A stretch of 64,000 nucleotides of DNA from Schizochytrium sp. TIO01 (lineage: Eukaryota; Protista; Bigyra: Labyrinthulomycetes), in NCBI GenBank assembly GCA_004764695.1, contig SMSO01000005.1, forward strand, positions 1,302,001 through 1,366,000, written 5' to 3'. The translations under genes and the position numbers were made by a program. This document shows positions 1 through 14,159 of the stretch, in pieces (within the stretch, counting starts at the first letter, position 1; every line of letters begins with the position of its first letter). The notes under the pieces were generated by a model. The model saw only the letters and a list, made by a program, of their open reading frames with translations, was not told the DNA's origin and ran no database searches.

Positions 1-2128
1 CGAACCTTACTACAAAGCCTGGGTTGCCCTTTTCAGTGCCAGATCAATGGCAATTTCCCGCAAAGATTATCGTTCCTTATTTTGTTCAGGTTTTAGTTCA
101 ACTTCCAAATTTAGTTTACATGATATGGGCTGGCCGCCTGATGCCCTCTTTTGAATAACTACTAATGTGTGTTAAACTCAAAACCAGCTACGAAACGACA
201 TACGTTATCAATTCAACTTACCTGGACCAAAGCATACATGTAATGAATATTACTCAGGCAGACTTGGTCCAGCCTGCCATAGTGTCTAGCCTGTTTGAAT
301 ATTGTTTATGTTCTGTTGTATTTATGTTATTTGTTTGTGTTATTGGAGTAGAGGGGATAAACGTGACCAACTCTTTCCATTGTCCTGAGTACACGTATAC
401 AACCCTTCAAATGATAAATTTCTGAGACATGAGGGTTCGAAAAACGAAGCACTCCAACATGTCAAGAATGGCGCTCAGCCCATAGCGGCCATCCCGGGCT
501 TGCTACCAACTCGCCAAAATTCACTTTTCTACTACACCAGCCTTAAATCAAGAATTCGACTCTCTCACTAAACGGAGACAACTCTTAGGCATCGCCTTAA
601 GTATCTATTATCTTAGGTAGCAGCTCAAGCTAAACCAATCATTGGAATCTGACCAAAGAACTCTACACAATAATATAGATCTAGAGTTTATTTGTAATCA
701 AAATATTCAGTATCAATAATATGTTTATGAGTTCGTCCTCATTGACAATACAATAGCTCACGGGAGAGGCAGGCCAACACAAGAACGGGATAACAAGGCT
801 TAAATCGAGATGGGCAAGCACTTCTTGTTGTTCTCAATGTTGGACACTATACCGAATTTTGGAAAGCTCTCAAACTATGGTCACTGTGTGTTTGACGACA
901 TATAGATTTTCTATACCATAGTCAAGCGCTAACCTTGGGCTAACTCTTTTTCAATGCCATCAGTGGTTGCTGGACCAAATACAACCTGGCTTGATGCGAT
1001 ATATATTTATTGTTGCTACTATTATTATTATTATTAAATGCATGTAAGCATTTTTTCCCCTCACTTTTCCCTTTTTAATTTAAAAAGATAAAACAATAAC
1101 CGATTTTAAAATTATTTTAACTCTTTGAAGGATCTGAAAACAGTAACCTACTTCGTTAAATCGAGCTTTTGCAAGTTAGTCAGCAGTATGTTAGTCACTT
1201 CACTTCGTTTCTGTCAGCGCAAGAAGGCAAAGGAAAGGAACCTGTGCTAACGCAAAAACCTCTTTCCCAGCCAGTATCTATACGATGCTTCAGGAGAAAC
1301 AATATTCTTGTTGGGTTTCTTTCGTTTGACCTCTGTCCAAACAGTTTGGTTTTGGACATCGCTTGCCCACGCTCAATATATATGTTTAATTCCTTCCCGC
1401 ATGCCCTTTGGTACATGTAGTATCCAGTATAATTAGCTATGCAAAACCCTTAGAAAGGATAGACTTTTGGCGCCTGTCAAAATGCGAGCCAGTAATTAAG
1501 TATTAAGTAAACATAATCGGTGGCAGCGCAAGAAGTTTTAAACTCTAATTAGCGGGAACAATAACTTAGAACACGTATCAACACATTTCTATAAACAGGT
1601 AGGTGCCTCAATATATAGCTCTCTCTCTCTCTCTGCGTATATATAAGTTACTAGAGAGTTTGCTCATATATGATTCTATATAATTGAGGTTAAACCTCGT
1701 TTCCCTTTTTTAAAGAAAATGTAGCCCCTTTAAATTCAAAAATATCGTGGAAGTCTGACTCAAAGAAAGCCGCTACCCCGATTTCTATCACCACATGCTA
1801 TCTAACACCCTATCATGAATTAATGAATTAAATGAATCAAGAAAAACGTATACTACTAAGTATTTATTAAGACAACGGTGTATTCTAGCATATTAGATTC
1901 GCGGAGAAATCAAGCAGAAACGAAAAGAATAAAAAGAGGGACAAACTATGGTATCCAGTCACATGAACTCTCATAAAACGCCTTCTTAGCTTTCCTAATA
2001 TTTTTTTATTTTTTAAGTCAAGAAAAGACAAACGTCTCATGTAGAAGAAAAGGGTTAAACATCCGGAAACTCATAGTTGTTAAGGCCGCCATTGCGTTTG
2101 TTGCGAATATGATACTAACACAATTTAA

Positions 2129-2307
2129 GGCCTACGTATAGCATCATAGGAGATGTTCATGAAAGTGCCATGGCTACAAATCGGCGAGTTGAAGCTCTTA
2201 TCATTCACAATAACAACTTCAACTTCTTCCATTCTTTTTCTTGCCTTTTTTCTTCTTTCAATCTAAGGTTTTATGAAAAATGAAGTATTGCATATATTAC
2301 GTAGGCC
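2129..2307. mobile_element. Putative Tourist/PIF-Harbinger-like MITE (179 bp)
   Basis: Perfect 10-bp terminal inverted repeats GGCCTACGTA (2129-2138) / TACGTAGGCC (2298-2307), flanked on both sides by TAA (2126-2128, 2308-2310). AT-rich non-coding interior. Confidence 0.5.
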
Positions 2308-5300
2308 TAAATCTATCATGGAAAGAAACAGAAGGGGGGGGGGGAACGAAGAATAAGGCTCATTCAATGACGCCACGTGTATATTTATAAAATGTTTTTC
2401 TTACACTTGCAGACAAAGAGATCTCACGGGTAGCAAAGAGAAGAAGTCTGTATAGACGAAAGACTACATTGCCAGACTGAACAATTTGAAAGCGCAATCG
2501 CTAAAAGTGCTACTACGGTGGGCACGTTCGAATAGTTTTTTCTATATATCATTTTCAACTTATTTAGAAGCATCCATATTTTGTAGAACGAGACAACCGA
2601 CATCTGTAATGACAGGATATCTAGGGGTAATCTTCTTACCTAACTTATCTACACCTGTACACCATCTTCGAGAAGCCCTCCGAAGACAGGGGAGAAATTA
2701 TATGAGCATATGCTCATATCAACAACAAGTAGACGATGAAACCAAAGCAAATCATTCATCGTTGCTATTTTTTAATTCTCCTCGATTAAATTGCATAAGA
2801 ACACAGGGCGATGGATGAAAGTCTCAACGTTGTCGTAAGTAGGTAGTTAGGGCCTAGTCCCTATTAATTATGTCACATTTTTGTTTGCCCAACTCGCGAC
2901 CGTCTCTACTCCTACCAAGGGTAACTTATCAACTTAATAGCAGCAATCTTTTTGCCTTACGCCATACCATGTAGTAAGCATTCTTAGTTTTTATTCTCTA
3001 TCAAACCATTTAATTCAAAATTATTATGCTTACCAATGAGAAGAAAATAAAACCACATTTTTAATCTTGAGAAGAAGTTTTCCGATGTAAAATTTTGCAC
3101 TTAAAAATATTATTCCATACCTCAGAAAGGGAACCCCCTTTCTTACCACAGTTAAAGTTTTATTACTGGAAGATTTTTAACCACAGGGAAACTCGGGCGC
3201 CCAACCATTCGCGTTAGGTTATTCCTATCAAGATAGTAGTATATTTAAGGTCCGTTTTTTAAAAAGCACGGATTGTGGAACAGGAATGAGCTTTCTGTAA
3301 CCAACTTTGAAAAAAAGTGAAAAAAAGAAGTGAAGAATCAAGATTAAGAGTTTAAGAGACAGGTATAGAGGCTTAGTATACTAAATATTTGTAAATAAGA
3401 AGGGTACGGGCAATTATGATTAGACTAGGTTCTATAGTAGCATAATTCTTCGATGTCCCTCGTTTTAATAGCTATGAATATAATAACTCAAACTAACTTT
3501 TGTCTCCCTACCTACCTTTCACTCATCAGCTGGCGAAAGGCGCGGCTTGACTGCCATTTACATTCACTCATTCATCTATTCCTATAGTGTATATTCTCAC
3601 CCACCTTGGCACACTTCTTCCCATCCCATATTTCCTCTTGGCCTCGCATCTGTTTAAAAGAACTCTTTGAAAAAGTACTTAAAAATTCCTCTCTCTGCTT
3701 TAAACTTTTATGATTGAAATTTAAAGTTTCATTTTCATTTTTAAATAGAAGAAATAGCCTATCCTAAGACAAATTACCACCATAGTATTGAAAAAGCCCC
3801 TTTCTTTTAGTGAGGGTAGTCAATACTCGTGGGCACGAACTCCTTAGAGGCCTCCGTTGATCTGCTTGTTCTTATGTTTTTAGTGAAGCAAACAAGCTTT
3901 GAGAAAGGTGGGTAGGCAGGCACAGACACTCTTCTAATTTCTGTCGCAAATACCTCCAATAGGTTGACGGGTCGACTGTAGCATGACCTATCGACGATTA
4001 TCTGTTTGATACCAACGATCACACAAAGAATCAAGTGACCAAGACACGTCGCCAGAACTCCAACCCATTTCTGCCAGCAAGCGAGATATCTTTCTCCTTT
4101 TTGTTCCCAAGAACAGGGAGCGAATCAAGATTGAGCAACCACGCACACCACCATTGTGAGGCAAATCATACTTTTGACGTCGAAATGTTAGGTAGAGTGA
4201 GTGTCACAAAGATACTTGGATTAGCTACCGCACTGGTTTTAAAAAACAACTCAAACTACGCACTGAGGCTTCTAGTGACCTGATCACTGAGGAGCTTCAT
4301 CTAGCGACGAAACTAAAACTAATGTGTTTACCCCTCCGTTCAGTCAATATCCAGACCAGACTGCAGCAACATCCAAACAAACAGAGACCAAGCCAAATGA
4401 TATGTGGCAACATACAACCAGATGGTCAAGCCCTTACAAAGCAAACAAGGTCTTTGAAACTTGCTCTGCGAGGAAGCCGTCCTGTTGCCCGGCGTCTGGC
4501 GTATGAAGCTTCCACTAAGCACAACCACTCCTAACACTTGATGACATCAAAATACATTTTCCTCAAGTTTTGGTACTACCAAGTGTTCAATATGATTTTA
4601 TTAGATAACTATTATTAGATTGGTGTAACATTGACCGACATCCCATGGCGAGCGAATGTCAGTTGCCATCATAACCAGCCAGTAGGAGAAACTTTTCAAG
4701 ACATGGTAATCTCGATCCTACGGCCAAATTATTTATAATGCCTTTCAGATTGGTGAAGACTCCTCTCGCTCACTCGTTCTCTTATTCTCATCATCTCTCG
4801 TCCTGTCTTTTCTCTCGCTGACTCACCCACTTACACGCACTCGCACTCGCACGCTCGCTCCGTTGACTGCATTATTGGTTGGTTATTTTCGATTGACTCT
4901 CTCCTTTTCTTCGCAAGCAAACAAGTGGTCGCATGGCTCTGCAAGACTTGCATTTCTTGCTTTTTGACTTAGCTCCAATAGCTAGCTACTAAATTGTCTG
5001 GAAGAGACATTTTCAATTAAACTATGATAGGTTTGGTAACCTTCAGGATTAGGTTGCAAGAAAATGTCTCTATTATGATACATCAACAACCTTCGTCATT
5101 GGAAAGCTTTGAAGATCCTTCGTGTTAAAATGCTTTCTTCGTCGCTACGGTGGGTCAAGACAACTAACGAATTGGATTAGTGCGCGTCAGTGCATAAACA
5201 GTATCAAGCAGCATCCAAGCCACCTTTACCAAAAAGATTGCAGAGAAAACAGGCACTCTCATTGAACAGTGACATGCATGCCTATTTCAATTGTCAACTA

Positions 5301-8300
5301 TAATTCTCCAGAGTGTAAAATTTAGATTGCATTTGCTAATTTGATACAATAGTAACCCTCCTGGGGTTTCAAAGCTGCTATTTTTTTAAATGTTGAAGGA
5401 CTAGACAATACTAATGACTAGTTTTAGCCTCAGGATTGTAAATACGATAACAAGGTCCAAGAACGAACATTAACGAAAACTTTGGCATGAATGAGACAGA
5501 AAAGATCGTATTAAGACGACCAATGGCACACGTACCTAGGTACTCAAACAGCTTTTACTTAACTCTCAGACGTTCTCCATTTGCGTGTATTGGATGATGA
5601 CCATAGCAGTAAACCCCCAATTTGATGGCAGCTTAGCGTGAATAAATATTCACGCACATGATAATACAAATAATTGATTGATATCATTCAAGTGAAGGGT
5701 AATAATATGATAAACGGCACTCGGATCGGAGTATCGACTAGGTAGTGACCCAGACGTAGCATGTAAGACTTGGCGTTTCACTGCGAAGCCCCCTCACCAG
5801 AGTCAGCATACTCTGGTAAGCTTCACTTATTGCAGGTAGCCTCACAGAAAAAGTGTCAAATGCTGCTTTTATATTTCAATTTTGACATATGTTGTCGACG
5901 CACTAGTATTGCTAGGCTGAGTGGATGCGCCGTGCCAAGCGCATGTTTACTCATATGATTGATTGACCCATGCATAGTTCACCTCATAAAAAGTATCTTC
6001 TTATATCCTAACATGTTCAAAAAAAACATTCAAGAGCATCTTCATCGAAGGAATACGGAGAATTGATCCTGGAGTGATCTGAGATTCTAGATGTCAACCT
6101 ACCGCGGCAAGATGTGCAAACGAGAGCAAAGATACTTCTGCTTTATAGCTTTTTCAATCATACTATATGAACATTATAGCCAAGCCGTGGATGCCCAACA
6201 ACATTGTAGATCTCACCAACCTGAAAAGAACCAATGGGTAAAGCAGGAAGTGGCAGTGGCGCTTTGAGGTTATGCTATTAGAGCTTTATGCTGAAAAAAA
6301 AAAAACACCTAACTTCTATTTTGAACAAAGTACAAGTCGTTCAATGTAAGCGAATAGTCCAAAGCAATTTCTTGACAAATAAACTATCTGGCTCTCGAAA
6401 CATATGCTCTATTTTAAACCACCAGGGCAGTTAGAGTAGCAATCTAGTCAGCATAGAATCTATACTATGTTTTAGCGCAATTTTTTTTGTCTTGTTCCAC
6501 AGAGGAAATAAAAATACCAGCGTTATAAACAGTTTGCGCAGTTGGGATATCGACCCTTCGATAGAGGATGAAGACGACCTATTTAAACTAAAACTAAATT
6601 GTACTTTAACTTGATACAGCAACATGGATACTTGGACCGTGGCAATCTTTCAATCGAACCAATACCATTTTACATCTATTCTCTCAGAAATTGCTTCAAG
6701 GGACCGGGGTTCCCATTTCTAAAATAGTAAAAAGACAAGAGCAACACCTCACGTCCTGAAGTTCACAGGCAGAGCGATTCCGGGAAAAAAGGAACAGACG
6801 CTAATGCTATGATGATGATGATGATGATAATGATTACACTACTTTTGATTGTTTTGTTTGTTTTCTTAATAAAAATGGTTTCTGCAATACATACTTAGGC
6901 ATTAGCTGAATTTGAAAGCATCAATGGCATCGAGACCAAAGTGGAAGAAAAAGTAAAAAGACCCGGGAGCGGAATCTATAGTATACTTTGGTAAACCAAT
7001 CAAAACCAGCCAAGAAGCATTCCTTTTTTATCTTATGCAAGTAAAAGTACTGTTTGTTTTTTTACAAGAGGAAGAAGAAAAAGAAAAATAATGGGGGAAA
7101 AAAAAGCAATGGTGGTCAAATATTCATTCATCTATGTTCATTACTGTTCAATTATTGAAGTCTTGTCTTTTCTCAAATTAATTTATAAATTAGATTATAA
7201 AATCATTTAGTCAATCATTTAATCAACCATGCCAACAGGTTCATGAGTTTTCTAACAGGCAAACGCCAAAGGCGCCAATCCCCGAGCCACGACAGCTTGC
7301 AATCTGTCGGCATACATGGTACCGACTGCCGAGCGCGAGTTCTCCCTGGGGTGCCTGCGCACACTTGTGCCTCCGCTTCTGCAGAATTTCTGCTTTCTTC
7401 CGTTTCCTTTCCTTTTCCATTCCTCTCCTCTTCCCCAAAACAACTCTTCCAAAAAATTTTCTTCTTCTTCATATTATTATTACTACTCTCCTTATTATTC
7501 TCCTCGCCTCGCCTTATAATAAGAGGCTGGTAGTATTTATTGTCATCCACGATGGTAGCTTGAATAGGAATAATAGAGGGAAAATATGAAGAATAATAAA
7601 ACTTTATTGTTTCTTTTTTAATAAAAAGTAATTATACCTTTCATAAAATTAAGGTGTCCTCGTCCTGTCTTATCTACTTGTTTATGTTTATTTCTTATGT
7701 GTTTTTGCTATTGTTTTGTTTTAATTTAATTTTGCTTTTTGATCAAATTAGAATAGATAACTTATCCCTTTCCTGTTTCACAAATGCTACCATAGACTAA
7801 ACCTGCTAAAAAGCGGATGAAATCTGGTGACTACAGGATTATATTCCAGAACTTCGTGAAAGAATGCATGAACATTATTATTATGATTAGTAGTAGTAGC
7901 AGTAGCGCCGTGGCAATAGCACACGAATGAAGGGCATCAGCATCATTTTTTTTTAACATTTTCATCATCTTTCGTCATCTTTCATCACCTTTAGAAAGAT
8001 ACCAAGTTTCTAGAGCACTCCTGGCCGAGCTTCACTCATTTCTGGAACCCTTCCATGAACATCCATTTCTGTATCGCTTGACAGCTGCTTACCACGCCTT
8101 CCCGTGCCGTGGGCAAGCTCTGTCTCTGTCAGAGTCACATGTGGCTTGCTTGACTTGAAACTTGCAACAGCGCTGGCAAAGTCTCCCAGAATAGCCCCTC
8201 TTCCCACCTCCCTGTTTTTAAAGGCTGGGGCTCGCACTTTAGATGAGAAAATTTCTCAAAACGAGAGGAAACGCGATAAGCCGGCCCATCAGGTCGAAGG

Positions 8301-11300
8301 CATGGCATGTGGATTGGGATTACGTCCGCTTACAGGGCTGCTCGATTGCGTGCTTCGAGAGAGGTATACACAGTGAGTAATGCATTCATGCCACGGCTCT
8401 GTCACGGATCTCTGACAAGAAGCTTGACCCACAGACTCGACTTCTTTCTTATGAAGAAAAAAGTACCCACACAGGCGCAAATGGAAAACTGTTTTCTCTT
8501 CTTCTTCGCTTTCTGATGCCGTTTATTATAATTCACTCTTTTCTTTTAAAATATTCTAAATCTTCAAAATGTAATTCGGGTATTTCTATTTTTTTCTATA
8601 AAATAATTTTTAATTTAAAAAAAAACTGCAGCATATTTTAGTTTTGAATATATTAATTAGAAGTCGATAGAGCCAAAAAAGAAACAAAAGAGCCAACAGT
8701 TTTAGAATAATTCTGACTAAAGGGATGCATTTCATCTCCAGCATATTGAACTTAGTTAGTATACTGCCACAACATGCGAACGCCTGAAGGGTGCGAATGG
8801 CAGCAGAGACTAATGTTCATACACTTTCATGCATGCAGATGATTTTGAGACTTATTTCTCGCATTATTATCCTGAGCTGGGCTTGCCATTCTCGCTCCTT
8901 TACTGTTATGCACTTTTTCTTTTCTTTTTTTAATCATAATAATCATGAATAAGTCAAAAGCGCTTGGATTCTTTCTCACTCTTTCTTAGTGATGATAGTT
9001 ACTCTCCTTTCCTTTCCTTTCTTTTAGCTGCAAATTTAATTAATTAATAATGAGATTGAAATACTCTGTATTTATATTATTATTTTCAAAGATGAAAAGA
9101 GCTCGGGAAGAATAATAATCACTTTTTGGATATATGTTGGTTGTCTAAATTGTTTGTTTGTTTGTTTGTTTTCTTTTACTTGCCAGCCTTCTAACTTCTT
9201 CCTTCTGGCGATCTTTCGGACGAAGTTCTTGTACTCCACTCGGGTGTTCTGCTCGTGTTCTCTAATCATAGCTAAACAAAGTAACCTGCCCACACAACTC
9301 GGCTCATCCTCTACGGAGGCTGTGCTTGTGCCCCTGACTTGTGTCTTTTTATGGTGCAGTGGTCACCACCCCTAATCTATCTTCATATCTTCACATGGAA
9401 GAATTAATAAGAGAGAGAGGGTTGATTGTGTCATTCTTTGGCGCAACTGTTCCCTTTTTATTTTTCCCATTACAAGTGGATGAGTTAAATGACTTTTTCT
9501 TTCAATACAAAAGAAACATAATAAAAAAGTTGTTGCTGCCGCTTTCTTATTTTCTTATTTTAAAATAATAATAAAAATATTCCTCTGTTTAGTTATTTAT
9601 TTATTTGGTTGAACATTCAAATTGCCCAAAACCGCAAAGGGAAACGTGCCAGGGACCGCTCGAGCCCGAAATTGAGGCTTCGGCCGGGCGAGCCTGCGAA
9701 AGCGGTGGCGAGTATAGCCACTAGCGCCCGTAAATCCCTGCCGCGCGGTTCGCCACGGAGCCTTGGGCTGGCCTCGTGGCTCGACTTGGAGCAGAGAGGT
9801 TCGTCCTCTCATCACTTGTTCTTTCATTTAATCGTCATCTGCGGATCGCCAGCTTTTGCTTCTGGCCAGGCAAACCAGAGCACCAGTAGACCTGAGGTGG
9901 TATAACCTTTGAGGAGGTCATAGTCGTGCGGGAAGGTGCTTTCGACGGCCTGGGAGGCTTTGGGCCAGGCTTGCTTCAGGTCACGGCGAGCGCTGGTTTT
10001 TCTTCTTTCACAGCCTTTTGACTCATTTCCCCTCCGCGGTCTCAGAGGAAAACAGCACTAGAAAATATATCAAAAGAAAAAGAAGGACAAAGAAGAAAGC
10101 GAAGCATTGTGCCAAGCCATAACGCAAAGGCAAGACTCTCTGTTCATTGCCGCCTTTACGAGTGCGAGGAGAAATTCTTCAAAGCGTTATTGAGTCTGTC
10201 CTCGTGAACTTACGTGTTGCTTTACTTAATATTAGAGCTCCAATTGTTTCTTTTATAAGTTGGCTCACTTCTGCTGAGTAAAGTTCACCCTTATCTTGCG
10301 AGTTGGCTTCTCTGCAGAACAGCACGGCATAACGCAAGGAGTTGAAGAAAGTCTACAATCGGTGGTGATCAAAATCTATTATTGAGGGCTCTCATATCTG
10401 AAGGAAGCGCTGCTGGTGGCCTTGAAAAACAAATCCTAGCGTGGGCTTGGGGCAAAGTACGAGCAAATTACTTGGTGGGCGGGTACTAAGGCGATCAGGT
10501 GAATGAAGCGAAGTAAAGCAAAGAGCCATTGGTTTTCGTCAGTTTAATTGCTTAGATTCTTGGATTCTGGAGCCCGTTCGAATTTTACAAATAGTCATTT
10601 TGTTTAATTTGAATCCTTTTTACTTGGAAAATCGCACCTTTGGGCCTCCCATTATCGACAGTGCTTACCGACAGATTGAATAATACAATCGCTTCTTATT
10701 GCTGGCTTTGAATAAATCTCTCGCGGCCTTTTTTTATACTCTACTATTCAGTTCTGGAGGAATAGAAGTTAAAGCTTCTAGAGGGAGCCACCGGCACCTT
10801 TTCGTTTGTACATCCCAAAAGCTCACACTCCTGATCTTCTTTTTTAATCCAGAAATTGCACCACGCATTTCTCCACCAAAGGCAGCATTTCCCGGCCCAA
10901 AACATTTCTAGATTGCTCAACAAAGGATTTAGACAAACAGACGCACTCAATCCATTTCCCGAAGAGGACAGACATTTGCATACACTCCATATAGACAAGC
11001 CTAAGCTTGACGGTTCTCCCAGATCCTTAATCATCCCCCAGCCGACTTTTCGTAATTGACTGACTACTAATCCCACATTGCCAAACTACGCTTTGCCTTT
11101 CTTTGTAGACACAACTCTCACTGCCAAACACCAACAGCAGCATTAGGATTGAACCTTGTTGTAAGCTCTGACCGCTGGCATTGTCAATTGAATCACTTTC
11201 TTCAGTACCGGTTCACCTTCAAAACTTTTCTCGTGGGGTTCGGCAACTTATGCACAGCTGCCATTTTCCAAAGCCGTATTATTTGCTGTTCGTGTTGAAT

Positions 11301-11912
11301 ATAAGGCAAGTCTTCGCAATTTCCTGCCAAGGTTGGTTGCCAAGTTTGGACGAGACTTCTGTGGCCGTGCAGTCATCGACCCATTTCTTGCTGACAAATA
11401 TCACAGCTTTGGAAAATACTCATCAGCAGAAACACGACGTGGAGTGGATCTCGCCGTGCCTCCTGTACTCAATCGCCTGTTTACCCTCTTCTTAAACCCA
11501 AAGAAGCAGCAGCAGGAGTGGTGCTCGGAGACCGCCGAGAAGCAAACATTCGTTAAAGTGGATCTGTGCGCCAGCAACCAAACCGATAGAATCTCAAAAT
11601 TTACAACCTGGCATAGATATATCTTCTGACCAGAATCCCTCTGTTTCCCTCAGTAGCCAATAACGCCGGCATAACAGGGACGGTCCTCACGTCGACACGG
11701 GATTTCTCCTAGAGCCTGGAGAAAGAGCGGCACAATTAGAGAACAGCCGGGATTGCGCGGTGACCAGAACCTCTTATCCTGAGGAATTAGTCCCTCAGCG
11801 CACCCCAACACCACAGGTGCTGTCCACCACACTAGTATCTGTCAGCCAGGAGTGATTCAGAAGAAGACATACCCTTGCTAGCGATATTTAGGGCCAGCGC
11901 CCACCAACTTGT

Positions 11913-14159
11913 ATGAGACAAAACTCCAAGGACTCCCACGCCAAGGAGCGTCATGGGTCTTTGCAGGAAGTCCAAGGCAGGCACCCATCGTCTCTTGCAT
12001 CATCTTCATCCTTAAGTTCTGCAGCGCAACCATCGCGCCCTCAGCAGCTAGGATCAATGCCACAGTTCCCAAGAAATAGCCGTAGTAGCAGTAGTAGTAG
12101 TAGTTCTGGCGGAAGCGCCCCGATTCCAATTCCAGCAAATGTGTACCCCCAATTGCAACAACAACAGCAGTCGACGCCAACACCTAGAATTCCGCCTCAG
12201 AGACCACCGGTGCCTCCAACCAGAACTATCCATTCATTTGAAGCACCACCAGCGACAGGGGGTCAGCTAGTGGACGAGCGCGCTCTTGCCAATGCTACAG
12301 TCATGCATGGGCCCGATACGATGCGAGTGAAGCTCCTTCAAGCGAACATGCGTAATACCAGTTCGAGCAGTAGTGCCTCTAGTTCTCACAGTTCAACTTA
12401 TTCTAATGATGCAGCAAGTGCTCCACCACGTAGCTCGGCTGCTACACGTTCAATTCTTGGTAATGGTTACATTCTAGGTGGGGATAATAATGGTGCGGGC
12501 GAAGACGACCACAGTGTTGTGGGAGTTGGAGGTATCGCTATCGCAAGCAGTAGCAGCACAGATGACTCGCAGAGTGAACATGGTGGTCGCTCAGGCAAAC
12601 GAAAACGAGTGGCAAGTAAGCGGAATGCTTGTGAGGCGTGCTACAATGGCAGAGTCAAATGTGAGTACGAATCTGAAACCTCTTTGCGTTGCAAGCGCTG
12701 TGAACGTTTAAACAAGGAATGCGTGGGCCGCATTGTCTTGCGAGGCGGCAAACCTAAAAACAACAAATTTATTAGCAAGATTAATGAGTATCGTGCTAAC
12801 GCTGGTCAACAAGGGCCTGCTGGACTAGCACTACTCGCAGGCTCTGTCTTCGTACCCCAGCACAACCTTTCACACATTGAGTTAGCATCTGCTGCACAAG
12901 CTTTGGTCGATCTGTATCGCGAACTTGGCCTTGGGCCCGGCCCACCGACTGGTTTACGGTGGCTTCTCAATTCTCTTACCATGGTGGCAGTAAGAGAGAA
13001 CGACACAACAAGAATGCACCACTGCACATCTGTCGCCATGGCCAGTGGTTATAAGCTTCGACTCAACCAGCTGGATCCGCCGCGCCTCCATCATGATGTT
13101 TATGCGCACTTCGATCGGGAAATTGAAAGCGAACTTATGGATTTATCTGCAGGAGCTGCCTTTGTCCTTAAGCACGAAGGTAACTTGCGCACAGTGCAGG
13201 CTAATCGTCACTGGGAAGCTTTATTTGAGACCACAGAACAGATGGCAAGGGAACTTCTATCACGTCCGCAGGGACTCATTTGGAGCCGCTTCGTTGAGCG
13301 TCGCATCACAGAACAATTCTCTGCAGCTTCTCTTACCGCCTTTCTTCAGGCTGGCGAACCTAAGGCCTCTGTTTCGGGTAGACCTCCACGTGTTGCCTGG
13401 TCTTACATGACGCCAACAAAAGTTGAGCTCATTGATGCTGAGAAGTGCAGATTTGCAGCAAATATGTATCAGACCGGAGTTCTTTCACTTGAAGGCCATA
13501 TCCTGTATACAATCATTGGATTCCGTAACCTTGAACCACTTGATGATAATTCTCGACAACGCTTCCAGAATGTCGCTCAATTTCGCTCTCCAACTCACGT
13601 CGATCACACGACACGGCAAGGATACCCTCAGCTAATGCATACTCAAATATCCGAGCCGGCTGCACTGCACTCACACCAGCAACCCCCACGACAACCACTC
13701 CATCTCGAGCAAGAAGCATACTTGAGTCAGCAACGGAGTATGCATCCCCGAATGTCAGAGCAGCAGCACCAGCAGTACATATTTTACCAGCAACAGCAAC
13801 ATCACCATCACCAACAACAACAACAACAACAACAGCACTATGCTCAACAGCAGCGATATCTACAACAGCAGCAGCACCAACAGCAGCAAGCTCAATTATC
13901 GCACTCCCAACCTCTTGCAACAACTCCAGGACGTAGCGGGGATGATTTTGACGAACTTGTTTCTCTCTTTGCCGTTGACACACAGCAACAGTACACGCAC
14001 CCTTCACAACAAATGCCAAGGCCGACGATGGCATCGGGTGCGTCGCGTACACCTAGCTCTTCTGCCTACATGTCTACTGCACCAAGCACTAGCCCAATTG
14101 CTCCTTCTGTGGCCTCCCCTTCGCCTCGCTCGAAAACAAAACGAAGAAGCCCTAAGTGA
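11913..14159 (+). CDS. Zn(II)2Cys6 (GAL4-type) binuclear cluster transcription factor, 748 aa
   Basis: ACEACYNGRVKCEYESETSLRCKRCERLNKEC matches CxxCx6Cx(n)CxxCx6C. Basic NLS-like KRKR lies just upstream; S/P-rich N-terminus and polyQ/H C-terminus. Confidence 0.88.
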   Translation: MRQNSKDSHAKERHGSLQEVQGRHPSSLASSSSLSSAAQPSRPQQLGSMPQFPRNSRSSSSSSSSGGSAPIPIPANVYPQLQQQQQSTPTPRIPPQRPPVPPTRTIHSFEAPPATGGQLVDERALANATVMHGPDTMRVKLLQANMRNTSSSSSASSSHSSTYSNDAASAPPRSSAATRSILGNGYILGGDNNGAGEDDHSVVGVGGIAIASSSSTDDSQSEHGGRSGKRKRVASKRNACEACYNGRVKCEYESETSLRCKRCERLNKECVGRIVLRGGKPKNNKFISKINEYRANAGQQGPAGLALLAGSVFVPQHNLSHIELASAAQALVDLYRELGLGPGPPTGLRWLLNSLTMVAVRENDTTRMHHCTSVAMASGYKLRLNQLDPPRLHHDVYAHFDREIESELMDLSAGAAFVLKHEGNLRTVQANRHWEALFETTEQMARELLSRPQGLIWSRFVERRITEQFSAASLTAFLQAGEPKASVSGRPPRVAWSYMTPTKVELIDAEKCRFAANMYQTGVLSLEGHILYTIIGFRNLEPLDDNSRQRFQNVAQFRSPTHVDHTTRQGYPQLMHTQISEPAALHSHQQPPRQPLHLEQEAYLSQQRSMHPRMSEQQHQQYIFYQQQQHHHHQQQQQQQQHYAQQQRYLQQQQHQQQQAQLSHSQPLATTPGRSGDDFDELVSLFAVDTQQQYTHPSQQMPRPTMASGASRTPSSSAYMSTAPSTSPIAPSVASPSPRSKTKRRSPK

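Noticed and set aside
3061-3346. Inverted repeat TTAATCTTGA/TCAAGATTAA as a MITE
   Set aside because: Only 10 AT-rich bp with no extension; plausible by chance.
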